Source: Bradymonadia bacterium (GTDB lineage Bacteria > Myxococcota_A > Bradymonadia > UBA7976 > UBA1532). From it: a DNA stretch of 61,067 nt. Position 1 is the stretch's first letter. Each line of letters starts with the position of its first letter. The DNA is taken from positions 1-61,067 of the forward strand of contig JBKAGE010000059.1 of NCBI GenBank assembly GCA_046290225.1. Reading direction: 5' to 3'. Of this stretch, positions 1 through 10,700 are shown piece by piece. The notes under the pieces are model-generated. The model saw only the letters and a program-made list of their open reading frames with translations, made no database searches and was not told the DNA's origin. The translations under genes and the position numbers were made by a program.

Positions 1-74
1 TCCTGGTTTGGCTTGTCCTCCGCTACACCACAAAACCTACCCTCAAAAGGGGGGTTGCGAATTGATAGAGAGTC

Positions 75-97
75 CGTGCCCGTGCCCGAAACTCTCT
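75..97 (+). repeat. Dispersed intergenic element (CGTGCC)n-CGAAACTCTCT, copy 1
   Basis: cgtgcccgtgcccgaaactctct; second copy at 38549-38578. Confidence 0.7.
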
Positions 98-124
98 TTG
101 CGAGCATAGCGAGCCCACCCCCTC

Positions 125-1387
125 TCAATACGCCCCAACCTCCACCCCAGCAGCCACACTGAACCCGCTGTAATCCCCCTTCGCATAAGCGTCGTACCCT
201 GGCGCAGCGGTATAAAAAATCCCAACATGAGGCCGCATCCAAGGCACCGTCTGAGGCGTGTAGACCGCCTTGAGACCAGCATCCACCCCCAGCGCAAACG
301 ACGCATCCCGGCCATCCATCAGCTCGTTCTCCCACTCACTCACCCGGCGCCCGTCCGGAGTCTCCCGATCCTCGTCGGTGAGATAGAAGCCAAAGGCCGC
401 CTGCCCCAGGGTGAGGGGCACCTCGAGGGCGAAAGACTCAGTCACCGGCAGGTGCAGCCCTACGAGTAGGCCCACCACCCCGCCGTCGCTCCGCAGATTC
501 AAGGTGTCGCTGCCCTTGTAGGCCTCACCGCTGGAGGTCTTCACCGAGAACGTCTCTCCGTTGATGGGCCCTGGCCGGTTGAACCCGGCGACGCCCAGCT
601 TGAGCAGCCCGTCGAGCACGATGACTCCGGCGCTGAAGCCCGGGCCGTGGCTGAGATGATCGCCCAGCGCCATGGCCCGCCAATCCAGGCTGGCGAACAT
701 GCCCACGGTGCGGGGGCCCTCTTCGAGACGCCGCACCCGCCTGCTCGGGGTGAAGGTGAGCCCGCCGTTGATCTGCGTGGTGTACTTGATGCCGTCGCCG
801 CCATAGCCGAAGGCGGCGCCGGTGAGCAGCTCGGTGTACAGCGCCCACTGATCGCTCACCCAGTAACGGGCGCTGATCTCCATAGGGGTGGCCAGGGTGT
901 CGAGCTCCACCTCGGGGTCGACGGCCATGGCCATGTCGAGGCGCAGGCCCAATCGCAGATCGAGCGAATCGCTGATGGGGGCTTCTACCCCTGGGCGCAG
1001 CGACACCAGCGCGGCGACGCTCTGATCACCCTCCAGGGTCTCCTCGTCGGCGAAGATGCCCCGAGCGCCGAGGGCGAGGCCCAGGGTGTAGACGGCCTCG
1101 GCTTGCTGGGCCAGGGCCCAGTCGGCGAAGGCCATGCCGGTGACCGAGATGCCCGAGTCTACGGCGTAACCGGCGACGAACCGCTTCTGAAGGTCGTGGC
1201 CCTGCAACCGGAAGCCGTACACGTCGGCCTCCGATGTCTGCCAGCGCGCGTCGAGCACAGCGCCGTAGCCGTCGAGGTTGTCGTAGGCACCGCCGACTGA
1301 AACGTGCTGCCCGTGAGCCAGGTCGGGCGAGACAGCCCACAAAGCGAGCAGCATCAAAAGCGTATGGGTGGGGCTCGGCGTCGGCAT
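125..1387 (-). CDS. Secreted/outer-membrane hypothetical protein, probably two tandem beta-barrel-like domains
   Basis: Signal peptide (LLMLLALWAVSPDLAHG), alternating amphipathic strands and a terminal aromatic residue (VEVGAY). ATG at 1387 follows a GGAGA RBS; the ORF extends to 1420. Confidence 0.6.
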   Translation of the reverse strand: MPTPSPTHTLLMLLALWAVSPDLAHGQHVSVGGAYDNLDGYGAVLDARWQTSEADVYGFRLQGHDLQKRFVAGYAVDSGISVTGMAFADWALAQQAEAVYTLGLALGARGIFADEETLEGDQSVAALVSLRPGVEAPISDSLDLRLGLRLDMAMAVDPEVELDTLATPMEISARYWVSDQWALYTELLTGAAFGYGGDGIKYTTQINGGLTFTPSRRVRRLEEGPRTVGMFASLDWRAMALGDHLSHGPGFSAGVIVLDGLLKLGVAGFNRPGPINGETFSVKTSSGEAYKGSDTLNLRSDGGVVGLLVGLHLPVTESFALEVPLTLGQAAFGFYLTDEDRETPDGRRVSEWENELMDGRDASFALGVDAGLKAVYTPQTVPWMRPHVGIFYTAAPGYDAYAKGDYSGFSVAAGVEVGAY

Positions 1388-1473
1388 GGCGTTCTCCATC
1401 TCCAGTGGGGTGTGTCCCATAGAGATAAGGAGCGCTGAGGGTGGAGACTCACCGGTGTTTCCTCACATAAGCC

Positions 1474-1487
1474 ATGCATCAGTGCAT
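1474..1487. promoter_or_regulatory. Palindrome ATGCA-TCAG-TGCAT, candidate LysR operator
   Basis: Perfect 5-bp inverted repeat between the divergent LysR gene and the 125..1387 gene. Confidence 0.4.
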
Positions 1488-1516
1488 ACATCTGCCCCAC
1501 CATCGTGCACCATGAC

Positions 1517-2407
1517 ATGATGAAGCTGCGTTTTCACGATCTGGAACTGTTTCTCGCCATCCACCGTGGGGGCTCGCTGTCGCAGGGGGCTCGGGCTCTG
1601 GGCATCGATCAGAGCACCGTCTCGCGCCGCCTCGCTGAGCTCGAAGAGCGCTTGGGCGCACCGCTCTTCCTACGCAACCGGGAAGGAGTGCACCTCACCG
1701 CCCTCGGGGAGGGCTGGGTGGAGCCCGCGCGCCTCGCCGAGGCTCAGGTGACTGCGGCGCACCGTAGCTGGCAACGTCACAACGCCCCTGCCCTCGATGC
1801 AGAGGTGCGCATTGCCGCAGTACACAGCATCGCCGACGAGCTGCTGGTGCCCACCTTGCCGCTCTTGATCCGTGAGCATCCCCAACTGCGGATCACGATC
1901 CTCGCCTCATCGGACATCGCAGATCTCGGCCGTATGGAAGCCGACATCGCGCTGCGCCTTTTTCGCCCCACCTCTGGCGACCTGGTGACGCGTAAGATGA
2001 TCTCTGGCGCGTTGGTGCCTCATGCTCAGAGTGACCTTGCCCTCACCCTGGCCCACGAGCCGCCAGAGCGGTGGCCATGGATCGCCCTGGCGAACCCCCG
2101 TTTCCGGCCTCCTCCATGGCAAAGCTGGTGTGCGCGCCATGACATCCGCCCTCAGTTCACCTTCTCCTCTGGCACCTCGGTGATTCGGGCGGTACAGGCA
2201 GGGCTCGGGGTCTCGATGTTGGATGCCGACTTGGGCATCGCCCTACAGCTGACGCCTCTGCCCATGGGGGATCTTCCCGAGCTGCGCGGGGCGCTGTGGC
2301 TCACGGCCCACCGCGCTCAGCGAAAACTGCCCCATGTGAATGCGGTGTGGAAATGGTTGGAGCTGATCTTCACCGAAAAGGCCAACCCGCGCCGACTTCT
2401 GAGCTGA
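1517..2407 (+). CDS. LysR-family transcriptional regulator
   Basis: N-terminal HTH (GSLSQGARALGIDQSTVSRRLAELEERLGAPLF) and a substrate-binding domain (EADIALR). Confidence 0.93.
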   Translation: MMKLRFHDLELFLAIHRGGSLSQGARALGIDQSTVSRRLAELEERLGAPLFLRNREGVHLTALGEGWVEPARLAEAQVTAAHRSWQRHNAPALDAEVRIAAVHSIADELLVPTLPLLIREHPQLRITILASSDIADLGRMEADIALRLFRPTSGDLVTRKMISGALVPHAQSDLALTLAHEPPERWPWIALANPRFRPPPWQSWCARHDIRPQFTFSSGTSVIRAVQAGLGVSMLDADLGIALQLTPLPMGDLPELRGALWLTAHRAQRKLPHVNAVWKWLELIFTEKANPRRLLS

Positions 2408-3784
2408 TCACTCTGCGGTCTGGCCGATGTCGTCGTCCGAGATGCCTTGAGCCTTGAGCTTCTCCCAGAGGTTCTTGCGGCTGATGCCCAGCAGCTCTGC
2501 CGCTTTGGTGCGTTGCCCAGCGGTGAGGCGAAGCGCCCGCAACAGGTAATGGCGCTCGAACTCTTTCATCGCCACCGAGAGGGGCCGTAGATCCACATCC
2601 TCGCGGACCTCGTGGATCTCCGAGCCCACGATGATGTCGGGCAGATGGGGCAGATCGATCTCTCGACCCTGTGACAACACCACCGCGTGGTGGATGGCGT
2701 GCTCCAGCTCCCGCACGTTGCCCGGGAAGCCGTACTCGTTGAGCGCCGCCCAGGCTCGAGGTGAGATATCCGGCACCGTGTCGGACTTGTTGTAACGCTT
2801 GAGAAAGTGCTCCACGAGCAGGGGCATATCCCCTTTACGGGCCCGCAATGCCGGGATGCTGATGTCGAGCACGTTGAGGCGGTAGAACAAATCTTCTCGG
2901 AAGTGCCCTTGTTGAATCCGAGTGCGCAGATCGCGGTGGGTGGCCGAGATCACCCGCACGTCGACGCGGACGGGGGTGTCGGTGCCCAGGGGCTCCACCA
3001 CGCCTTCTTGCAGTACGCGCAGCAGCTTCGCCTGCGCCATCAGAGGCAACTCCGCCACCTCGTCGAGGAACAACGTGCCCCGATGCGCAGCCTTGAAGCG
3101 GCCATCGCGACGACGGACTGCCCCCGTGAAGGCGCCCCGCTCGTGGCCAAAGAGCTCTGCCTCGATGAGGGTCTCCGGGAAGGCCGCACAGTTCACCGCC
3201 ACGAAGGGCATGTCACTGCGATCGCTCAGGGCGTGCAGACGCCGGGCCACCAGCTCCTTACCCGTACCCGACTCCCCTTGAATCAGCACGGGGGCTTCGC
3301 TCGGCGCGATCATCTCCACGCGCTCGAGCAGGCGGCGCATCGATGGTGCCTTGCCGATGATGTCGCTGCTCGGGGCCCGGGTGGCGAGCTCCGCCCGGGC
3401 GTTGCTCAGCTCTGCCTGCAGATCGCGCTTGTCGGCGATGCGCTGAACCCTCAGCAACAGCTCGTCGACGTCGAAGGGCTTGGTCAGATAGTCGAAAGCG
3501 CCATCCTTCAAAGCCCCTACGGCGTCCTCAACGGCCCCATAGGCGGTGATGAGGATCACCTCTGTCGTGGGCGAGAGCGCTCGCGTCCTGCGAAAGATCG
3601 TCAGTCCGTCGGCTTTGGGCAGGCGAATATCGGAGATCACCAGATCGAAGCTCTGACGCTGGATCGCGTCGAGGGCTGCCTCACCATCAGCACAGGCGGT
3701 GACGCGATGACCTACGGCGCGCAGCGCATCGCCCACGGGGAGGCGGATGGCGGGCTCGTCGTCCACCAGCAGGATCTCAAGCAT
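2408..3784 (-). CDS. Sigma54-dependent response regulator (NtrC/AtoC type: REC-AAA+-Fis HTH)
   Basis: LLVDDE receiver, GESGTGKE Walker A, GAFTGA loop, FLDEV Walker B and C-terminal HTH. Confidence 0.96.
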   Translation of the reverse strand: MLEILLVDDEPAIRLPVGDALRAVGHRVTACADGEAALDAIQRQSFDLVISDIRLPKADGLTIFRRTRALSPTTEVILITAYGAVEDAVGALKDGAFDYLTKPFDVDELLLRVQRIADKRDLQAELSNARAELATRAPSSDIIGKAPSMRRLLERVEMIAPSEAPVLIQGESGTGKELVARRLHALSDRSDMPFVAVNCAAFPETLIEAELFGHERGAFTGAVRRRDGRFKAAHRGTLFLDEVAELPLMAQAKLLRVLQEGVVEPLGTDTPVRVDVRVISATHRDLRTRIQQGHFREDLFYRLNVLDISIPALRARKGDMPLLVEHFLKRYNKSDTVPDISPRAWAALNEYGFPGNVRELEHAIHHAVVLSQGREIDLPHLPDIIVGSEIHEVREDVDLRPLSVAMKEFERHYLLRALRLTAGQRTKAAELLGISRKNLWEKLKAQGISDDDIGQTAE

Positions 3785-3820
3785 TGGGGTGTTCTCCCAT
3801 CTCGGGTGCGTTCAATGAGG

Positions 3821-3852
3821 CCGTGAAGTGGCCCCTTGAGGCCACTTCACGG
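3821..3852. terminator. 13-bp perfect hairpin downstream of the USP gene
   Basis: CCGTGAAGTGGCC-ccttga-GGCCACTTCACGG; no clear U-tract. Confidence 0.55.
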
Positions 3853-3861
3853 ACAATCAGC

Positions 3862-4350
3862 TCAGCCGTTCTCGCGAGGCTCAGCTTCAATGTCAGCGTC
3901 TTCCTCAGGGTGACGCACTGTGAGTACCGGGCAGTTCGCACGACGCAGCACCCGCTCTGCCACGCTGCCGAGGAAGAACCTCGACAGCCCGGTACGACCA
4001 TGAGTGCCCATGATGATCAGGTCGATCGACTCGCGCTCGGCGAGCTCTACCACCTCGTGATCGACACGACCGGTGATCAGGTGACTGGTGACCTGAATGT
4101 GCTCTGGGCACTGGTCGAGCATGACCTCGAGGTTGTTGCGGACCTGGACTCGGATGTACTCGCTGATGGGCAGCGGCGGGGCGTCACCGACCTGTACGGG
4201 TACGTCACCCAAGTCGAAAGGTGGCTCGTACACGTGCAGGAGATCGACCCGCGCCTCGAACCGCTCGGCGAAGGTGAGCGCATAGTCGAGGGCGTGCTGT
4301 GAGCACGCGGAGAAGTCGATGGGGACCAGGATACGTTTGATGGACAGCAT
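3862..4350 (-). CDS. Universal stress protein (UspA family)
   Basis: KRILVPIDFS...DLIIMGTHGRTGLSRFFLGSVAERVLRRANCPVLTV. ATG at 4350 with a GGAG RBS. Confidence 0.95.
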   Translation of the reverse strand: MLSIKRILVPIDFSACSQHALDYALTFAERFEARVDLLHVYEPPFDLGDVPVQVGDAPPLPISEYIRVQVRNNLEVMLDQCPEHIQVTSHLITGRVDHEVVELAERESIDLIIMGTHGRTGLSRFFLGSVAERVLRRANCPVLTVRHPEEDADIEAEPRENG

Positions 4351-4390
4351 GCTCAGTCTCCCTTTTGGCCGTCGTTGAAGCGCTTTGGGC

Positions 4391-4409
4391 CATTGAAAAG
4401 ACTGTGCCA
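4391..4409 (-). promoter_or_regulatory. Sigma54-like -24/-12 promoter of usp (TGGCACAGTCTTTTCAATG)
   Basis: Perfect TGGCAC -24 box ~40 bp upstream of the ATG. The -12 box has TC instead of GC. A near-identical copy lies at 6398-6416. Confidence 0.55.
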
Positions 4410-4495
4410 CTCGCAAAACCGGCCTGGACACAGAGGGGAGGCGAAACAGTGACACCAAACAGTAACAAAACCCAAAACGATGCTACCATTTGACC

Positions 4496-6358
4496 TCACT
4501 CGCGCCAAACGTGCTCGAAACGGACGCGCTCCCCCACCTCGGTGCGGCTCAGTGACTGCGGCACCCGCTCAATCACTTTGAGCATGGGCGTGTTATGCAT
4601 CGGCACGTGCACTGTGAAGCCTCGGTGTCCACGGGCTCGGCTCAACGCCGTGAGCGTATCGAAGAGCACTGTCCCGAGCCCCTTGCGTTGCCACGCCGGG
4701 GTGACGATGAAGGCCAGATCCGCCAACCCGGTTGAAGCGTCCAGGCTGATCTGTCCCATGGCCACCACCTCTTCCGCAGGGGCCACCTCTGGATCGAGCA
4801 CTGGACACACCAGCACCGCGAGGTTGCCGCCGCTGTCGACATCGAGCAGCTGCGTCAGTCGGCTCTGGTTGATGGCCCCTTCAGTCTTCGGGGCCAGGAA
4901 GGGGTGGTAGATGCTGTTGTCCGACACACGGTAGAGAAAATCTCTGAGCAGCCCCTCGTCGGTGATGCGCGCTGTGCGCAACATGATCTTGTCACCATCG
5001 GGTAGCTGCCTCACCTGCGCAGTGTCGTGAGGGTGACGGTTTTGGGAGACGCTCTGGCCAGGCAGCACATACCGTCGACGCTTCGCCGCAGCCAATAGCT
5101 CACCTCGATGATCAGGGTGGGCGATGTCGATGAGAGCCATGGCGCGCTCACGGATGCTCTTACCCCATAGCTCGGCCACCCCATATTCGGTGACCACGTA
5201 GTGCACGTCTCCCCTGCTGGTGACCACACCTGCGCCCTCTTCGAAGGCCGGAGTGATTTTGCTCACCTGCCCCTTCTTCGCCGTCGACGGCAATGCGATG
5301 ATCGGGCGCCCCCCCTGACTACGGGCGGCCCCTCTGATGAAGTCCACCTGGCCCCCGATGCCCGAGAAAAAACGACCCATCAAGGTGTCGGCGGCCACCT
5401 GGCCGGTGAGATCGACAGCGAGGGCGCTGTTGATGGCGATCATCCGCTCATGGCGGGCGATGGTGAAGGGGTCGTTGGTGAACTCGCTGGGACGCATCTC
5501 CACGATGGGGTTGTCGTGCATCCAGCGATACAATCGCCGGGTACCCATGGCGAACGACGTCACCACCTTCCCCGGCAAGATGGACTTCCGGCTGCCATTG
5601 ATCACACCGCGCTCGATGAGCGGGATCACCCCGTCGGAGAACATCTCGGTGTGCACGCCAAGATCACGGTGATGTGTGAGGGCGGCGAGCACGGCGTCGG
5701 GGATCTTGCCGATGCCCATCTGCAGTGTGGCCCCGTTGGGGATGAGATCGGCCACGTTGCGACCGATCTGCCTCGTCACGCCGTCCAGGGTGGGTGGCTG
5801 CAGCTCGGGCAAGGGGCGCTCGATGGGCACCAGGGCGTCGATCTGATCCATGTGCACGAAGCTGTCGCCGAGCGTACGGGGCATATAGGGGTTCACCTCG
5901 GCGAGGATCAGGCCGGCGCTGTCCACAGCGGCCCGCACCACGTCGACGGAGACCCCGAGACTGGCGAAGCCGTGGGCGTCAGGTGGGCTGATCTGGATCA
6001 GGGCGGCGTCGATGCGGATCCGCCTCGAGCGGATCAGTTTGGGGATCTCGCTGAGAAAGACCGGCATAAAGTCGGCCCGCCCTTCGCCCACTGCCTCTCG
6101 CACATTGGCGCCGATGAAAAACGCGGTGTGACGAAACCGGCTCGCCATCTCCGGAGCCACGTGGGGGGCTTCTCCGAGAGTGAGCAGGTGTACGATCTCG
6201 TTGTCGGCGAGATGATCACCATGAGCGCACAGCGCGTCGACGAGGCCCAGAGGCTCTGCTGCGCCAGATCCGATGAAGATACGACGGCCAGGGAGCAGCC
6301 GACGTACAGCGTCTGCGTGGCTGCCGATCTTGTGAGCATAGCGGGTGGTCCAATGCAC
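4496..6358 (-). CDS. Acetyl-CoA hydrolase/4-hydroxybutyrate CoA-transferase family protein fused to a C-terminal GNAT domain
   Basis: GATLQMGIGKIPDAV, HTEMFSDG, SGIGGQVDF and VVTEYG motifs; GNAT AWQRKGLGT motif. GTG at 6358 follows AGGAG. Confidence 0.92.
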   Translation of the reverse strand: MHWTTRYAHKIGSHADAVRRLLPGRRIFIGSGAAEPLGLVDALCAHGDHLADNEIVHLLTLGEAPHVAPEMASRFRHTAFFIGANVREAVGEGRADFMPVFLSEIPKLIRSRRIRIDAALIQISPPDAHGFASLGVSVDVVRAAVDSAGLILAEVNPYMPRTLGDSFVHMDQIDALVPIERPLPELQPPTLDGVTRQIGRNVADLIPNGATLQMGIGKIPDAVLAALTHHRDLGVHTEMFSDGVIPLIERGVINGSRKSILPGKVVTSFAMGTRRLYRWMHDNPIVEMRPSEFTNDPFTIARHERMIAINSALAVDLTGQVAADTLMGRFFSGIGGQVDFIRGAARSQGGRPIIALPSTAKKGQVSKITPAFEEGAGVVTSRGDVHYVVTEYGVAELWGKSIRERAMALIDIAHPDHRGELLAAAKRRRYVLPGQSVSQNRHPHDTAQVRQLPDGDKIMLRTARITDEGLLRDFLYRVSDNSIYHPFLAPKTEGAINQSRLTQLLDVDSGGNLAVLVCPVLDPEVAPAEEVVAMGQISLDASTGLADLAFIVTPAWQRKGLGTVLFDTLTALSRARGHRGFTVHVPMHNTPMLKVIERVPQSLSRTEVGERVRFEHVWRE

Positions 6359-6397
6359 GGTTGGCTCCTGTGTCGTGGTTCGGGCTACACCGCCGCG

Positions 6398-6416
6398 CAT
6401 TGAGAACGCCGTGCCA
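6398..6416 (-). promoter_or_regulatory. Sigma54-like promoter of the CoA-transferase gene (TGGCACGGCGTTCTCAATG)
   Basis: TGGCACG -24 box ~40 bp upstream of the start; 15 of 19 positions match the usp copy. Confidence 0.55.
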
Positions 6417-6545
6417 AATCTCCACGCACCCACATTGCCTTGGGGCGAGGCGCAGCGTAGAAGGTGAAACCCGAACAGCCTCTTGATCATCATCGAGGCG
6501 CTACACACGCCCACGATGCACGGGCACACATCGAGGAGGATCATC

Positions 6546-6965
6546 ATGAAGATCGTGACCCCACCCCAAGCAGCCGAGCAGGTGAAGCAGGCAGGCGTGG
6601 TTTTTGTCGACGTACGCAGCCAGCAGGAGTTCGCCGCAGGACACCCTGAGGGCTCGGTGAACATCCCCCTGCTCGATCACGACGCTTCGGGGCAGATGGT
6701 GCCCAACCCCGAGTTCATCCCCGTGTTTCAGGCCACCTTCGCCGACAAGAGCGCGCCGGTGATCCTCACCTGCCGCTCCGGAGGCCGCTCCGGCCGCGCC
6801 GGGGGCATGCTGGAGCACCTCGGCTACACCGACGTCACCAACATGGATGGTGGCTGGTCCGGCAACGGCGCTGTCGCTGGCTGGTCCACTGAGGGGCTGC
6901 CTGCCTCCACGGAGAACGGTGACGGGGTGTCGTACGCCTCGATCAAGGCCAAGGCTGGTCAGTGA
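6546..6965 (+). CDS. Single-domain rhodanese/sulfurtransferase
   Basis: VDVRSQQEFAAGHPEGSVNIP, active-site CRSGGRS and MDGG; GAGGA RBS. Confidence 0.93.
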   Translation: MKIVTPPQAAEQVKQAGVVFVDVRSQQEFAAGHPEGSVNIPLLDHDASGQMVPNPEFIPVFQATFADKSAPVILTCRSGGRSGRAGGMLEHLGYTDVTNMDGGWSGNGAVAGWSTEGLPASTENGDGVSYASIKAKAGQ

Positions 6966-7774
6966 GTACCACTGAGGGCGCCATCGAGGGCTCTATCCCC
7001 CTCATCGACAGCCACGCCCACCTCGACTTCGATCGCTTCGACGCCGATCGAGAGGCGGTGCTGGATCGGGCCTGGAGCGCCGGAGTGCAGGCGATCCTCA
7101 CCATCGGCACCGATGTGGCCACGAGCGCGGCGGCCCTCGCCCTCGCTGAGGGGCACGACCGGCTCTTCGCCTCGGCAGGCATCCACCCTCACGAGGCAGG
7201 GGCCTTCGAGGATGCCCACTGGCCCAGGCTCGAGCAGATGTGGGCCCACGATCACATCAAGGCCGTGGGAGAGACGGGGCTGGATTACTACTACGACTAC
7301 AGCCCCCGGGCGCGTCAGCAGCAGCTGTTTCGCCGGCACCTCGAGATCTCGGGTGAGGTGGGGCTCCCGGTGGTGATCCACATCCGTGACGCCTTCGACG
7401 ATGCCTTCGAGATCCTCGCGGAGGTGGGCACACCTGCAGGCGGCGTGGTGCACTGCTTCACCGGAGGCCCTCGAGAGTGCGAGCGGGCTTTGAGCCTCGA
7501 TCTGCACGTGTCGATCTCCGGGGTGGTCACCTTCAAGAACGCCAGAGATCTGCAGGCGGCGGTGCCTCTCATCCCTGAGGACAAGCTGCTCGTGGAGACC
7601 GACGCGCCCTTCCTGGCCCCCACCCCCAACCGGGGCAAGCGCAATGAGCCTTCGTTCGTCGTGCACACCGCAGCGAAGGTGGCCGAGCTTCGGGGGGTGA
7701 GCTACGCCGATCTCTGTGCCTCGACCATGGCCAACACCATCAAGCTCTTCGATTTGCCCGACCTCACGCGCTGA
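6962..7774 (+). CDS. tatD: TatD-family hydrolase/DNase
   Basis: DSHAH, GIHPH, GETGLDY, HCFT and ETDAP motifs; overlaps the rhodanese stop codon. Confidence 0.93.
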   Translation: MSTTEGAIEGSIPLIDSHAHLDFDRFDADREAVLDRAWSAGVQAILTIGTDVATSAAALALAEGHDRLFASAGIHPHEAGAFEDAHWPRLEQMWAHDHIKAVGETGLDYYYDYSPRARQQQLFRRHLEISGEVGLPVVIHIRDAFDDAFEILAEVGTPAGGVVHCFTGGPRECERALSLDLHVSISGVVTFKNARDLQAAVPLIPEDKLLVETDAPFLAPTPNRGKRNEPSFVVHTAAKVAELRGVSYADLCASTMANTIKLFDLPDLTR

Positions 7775-7795
7775 GCACGCTTGCGCCGAGGGGCG

Positions 7796-10700
7796 TCAGC
7801 GATCACCCACGGGCACGCGCTGGCGAATGGTGATCTGCACCTCGTCTTCACCACGGGGCTCAGAGGCTGAGAGGAACACGTAGGCTGGCCCTTCGCCCCC
7901 AAGGGCGAAGTTCAATGCGCGCACGCCGTTGATGTCGTCGTCACAATCGATCTCGTCCTGCGGGTAGATACGGCTGGGGTAGCGACACGCTGTACGGGCC
8001 GAAGCGGAGAACGTCAGGCCCGGCACACCGCTCGCGCGCACTTCGTACAGCCCCTGAGGCAGCGCGCTGAGATCGAGCACGAACCCTGCTTCATCGGCCT
8101 GACACGTGGCGGGGAGGTTATGGGGCCACTGATCGTTGAGCGGGCGTCGGACCACCCACTGGGTACCATCTGCGATGGGTAAACCTTCATCCGGGTCCAC
8201 AGTAATCACGACACCAGCGGGCCAGTCATCGGGGCATCCCGGCTGCGGATCGATACACGCAGTGATCAGCTCATCTTCGAGTATGTCGATGACATCGCAA
8301 CGTCGAGCAGCGTCACAGCGGTTGAGGGTCTGCAGCAAATCGCACCCCGTGGCCTCGTCGTGGAGGGGGGTAAGCTCATATGCAGTGAGCAGCTGATCGG
8401 ACGGTGTACTGCTCTGACCTGCGCTGTCGACGAGGGTGACCTCCACGCTGAACGTGAGCCGCCCATTGGCTTCGTCCCAGATCACAGGGCGAAACGCTTG
8501 TGGCAAGGGCAACCAGTGATCCAGTGAAAACGAGAGGCCATCTTCTGCGTTGATGATGGACTGCACGGGCTGTCTCAATTCCGTGTCGTCCGGGCGGCCC
8601 TCCAAGAGACCGAGCGGCAACACCCCAGCTTCGCCGAACAGGCGGAGATCGATCTCGACGACGTCCTGGTCGGGATCCGTGCCCCACACCCGAATGAACA
8701 TGCTGTTCGCGTCAGGGTTGTACCGTACGAACACATCGGCAATGCGTGGGCTGCTCGCCTGGCGCACCTCGAGGGTGAAGCGCCCGCTTTCGAACTCGAA
8801 GTCATCTTCAGCGAGGTCTTCGGCGGTGAGCCCTTCGTTGTCGACGGTGATGTAGATCTCGTCTCCCCCTCTCAGCTCGGCCCACGGATACGCTCTCGGC
8901 AGTTCATCTTCCTCGAAGATCTCTGCCTCGGTGAGGCACTGGCGCCCGGCGTCGTTGTCGGGCAGAAAATCCGCGTCCACTCGGGAGACGACATCACATC
9001 GAGGGCTCCAGTACACATGACCCTCGAAGCTGTCCTCGAGCAATCTGAAGAGATAGCGACCGTCCTCAGGGGCGACGAAGCTGTAGGTGGCGTCAGTCGC
9101 AAAGGGGACCCAGCTCGTATCGCACTGGCTGATCTGACGGTTCAGGGTGACTCGGGTGTCGCCGTCGATCTGCCACACGCGGGCATTGAAGGGCATCGGC
9201 GCAGGCTCGACCTCCAGGGCATCGCCGATGATCTCGCTGACCCGACCTGGCGGACACCGCGCAGCCTGCTGGGCGCACACATGAACCCCAGAGAGATCAG
9301 TGTCGGCTTCGACGGGCACGCACACCTGAGGTGCGTCACAGGCAGACCAGCCCGAGAGTGGATCGCAGAGATCGCCGAGCTCGCTGATGGGTGGTCGAGG
9401 GTTCGGGGCGGCTTCGATGCGGTTGGTGATGGGGGGCGCCGCCAAATCTTCGAAGTACACAGTGACGGCGAGATCTCGGAAGGGCTCCATCATGGGCTGC
9501 ACTTGATCGAGAGGCAGCGGGAGCGCGCCTTTCACCACGAACCAGTCGTGTAGCTCGCTGGCGAGCTCGAGGTGAGGCACAGGGATGAAGAGGCCGTCGA
9601 GGACCGGGTCGTCGAAGAGGGGCTGCTCACCGAACCAGGGGCCAAGCTCTACGAAGAGGACCGGAGAGCCCCAGTTCTCCCCTTGCGCTTCGAAACCCAG
9701 CACGTTGTCCACGTCATTGAACCAGCCGATGCCTACAGGCTCGCGGCGCACCCGCTCTACGGCCAGCTCTGCCTCTCCGGTCCAGCCAAACTGCCCGTCG
9801 AGGTAGAGATAGATCGTCTCCCCGGCGAAGAGATCCAACGTCAGACGCGCGCCCACGACGCCATCCTCCTGAATCTCGGCCACCACACACCCCAGCTCTT
9901 GTGGCTCGACGCCTGCTTCTACAGGCAGATCACCCATGCAGCCCCACCGGGCATACAACACCGGCACCTTGTCCGGCACGATCTCGCCATTCTCGTTGAG
10001 GTCAGGCTCGGCGATCACCGTGAAGATGTAGGTGGCACCTTCTGTGGCGGTGAACCGGGTGACCCCCTCTTGAGGCAGTCGGTTGTTGTCCAGAGCGCAG
10101 GCGCCATTGGCCAGGGCGAGCCGGGGACCCTCCCGGGTGTCGATGCTCCACGTCTCTGGCTCTTCTGAGCCGGGATCCAGAGAGATCTCGGGGATCAACG
10201 CCGACCCCTCGGGGATCAGGCATGCGTCCTCGTCAGCAGGGGGCAGACACAGACCCCCGGCGATCTCCCCGAGGTCGAAGATCGGCCGGCACCACCCATA
10301 CTCTACACAGGGCCTGAGGAGCGTTCGGGGGCTGCACACACCACCGACGCCCACACCGGTGATGGGCTCGGGCGGGCGCGTTTGCAACACAGCGTTGTTG
10401 TCGCTGTCGAAGACGGTGATCTCGAAGACATCCGGGTCGAGCCCCACGAGCGTGTCCCAGGATCGCACCACAATGCCATCGACGAGGTTCTCCTCCCACC
10501 GGTTGAAGTCGTTCAGCGGCCACAGCTCTTCTCTGAAGAACGGGAAGACTTGATCGCCATCCCGAACTGCGAGCTCGATGAAGGCATCGGGCAGCGGGTT
10601 GTCGTCCTGGGCCCTGAAGCTGAAGGCCACCAGGCCCTGCTCGGGGTCGAAACCGGCAAAGTCGATGGCCAGGAGGGGCGCACCTGGAGGCAGACAGACG

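Noticed and set aside
4496..6664. 722-aa version of the CoA-transferase
   Set aside because: The extension overlaps the divergent rhodanese gene; the RBS and promoter support GTG at 6358.
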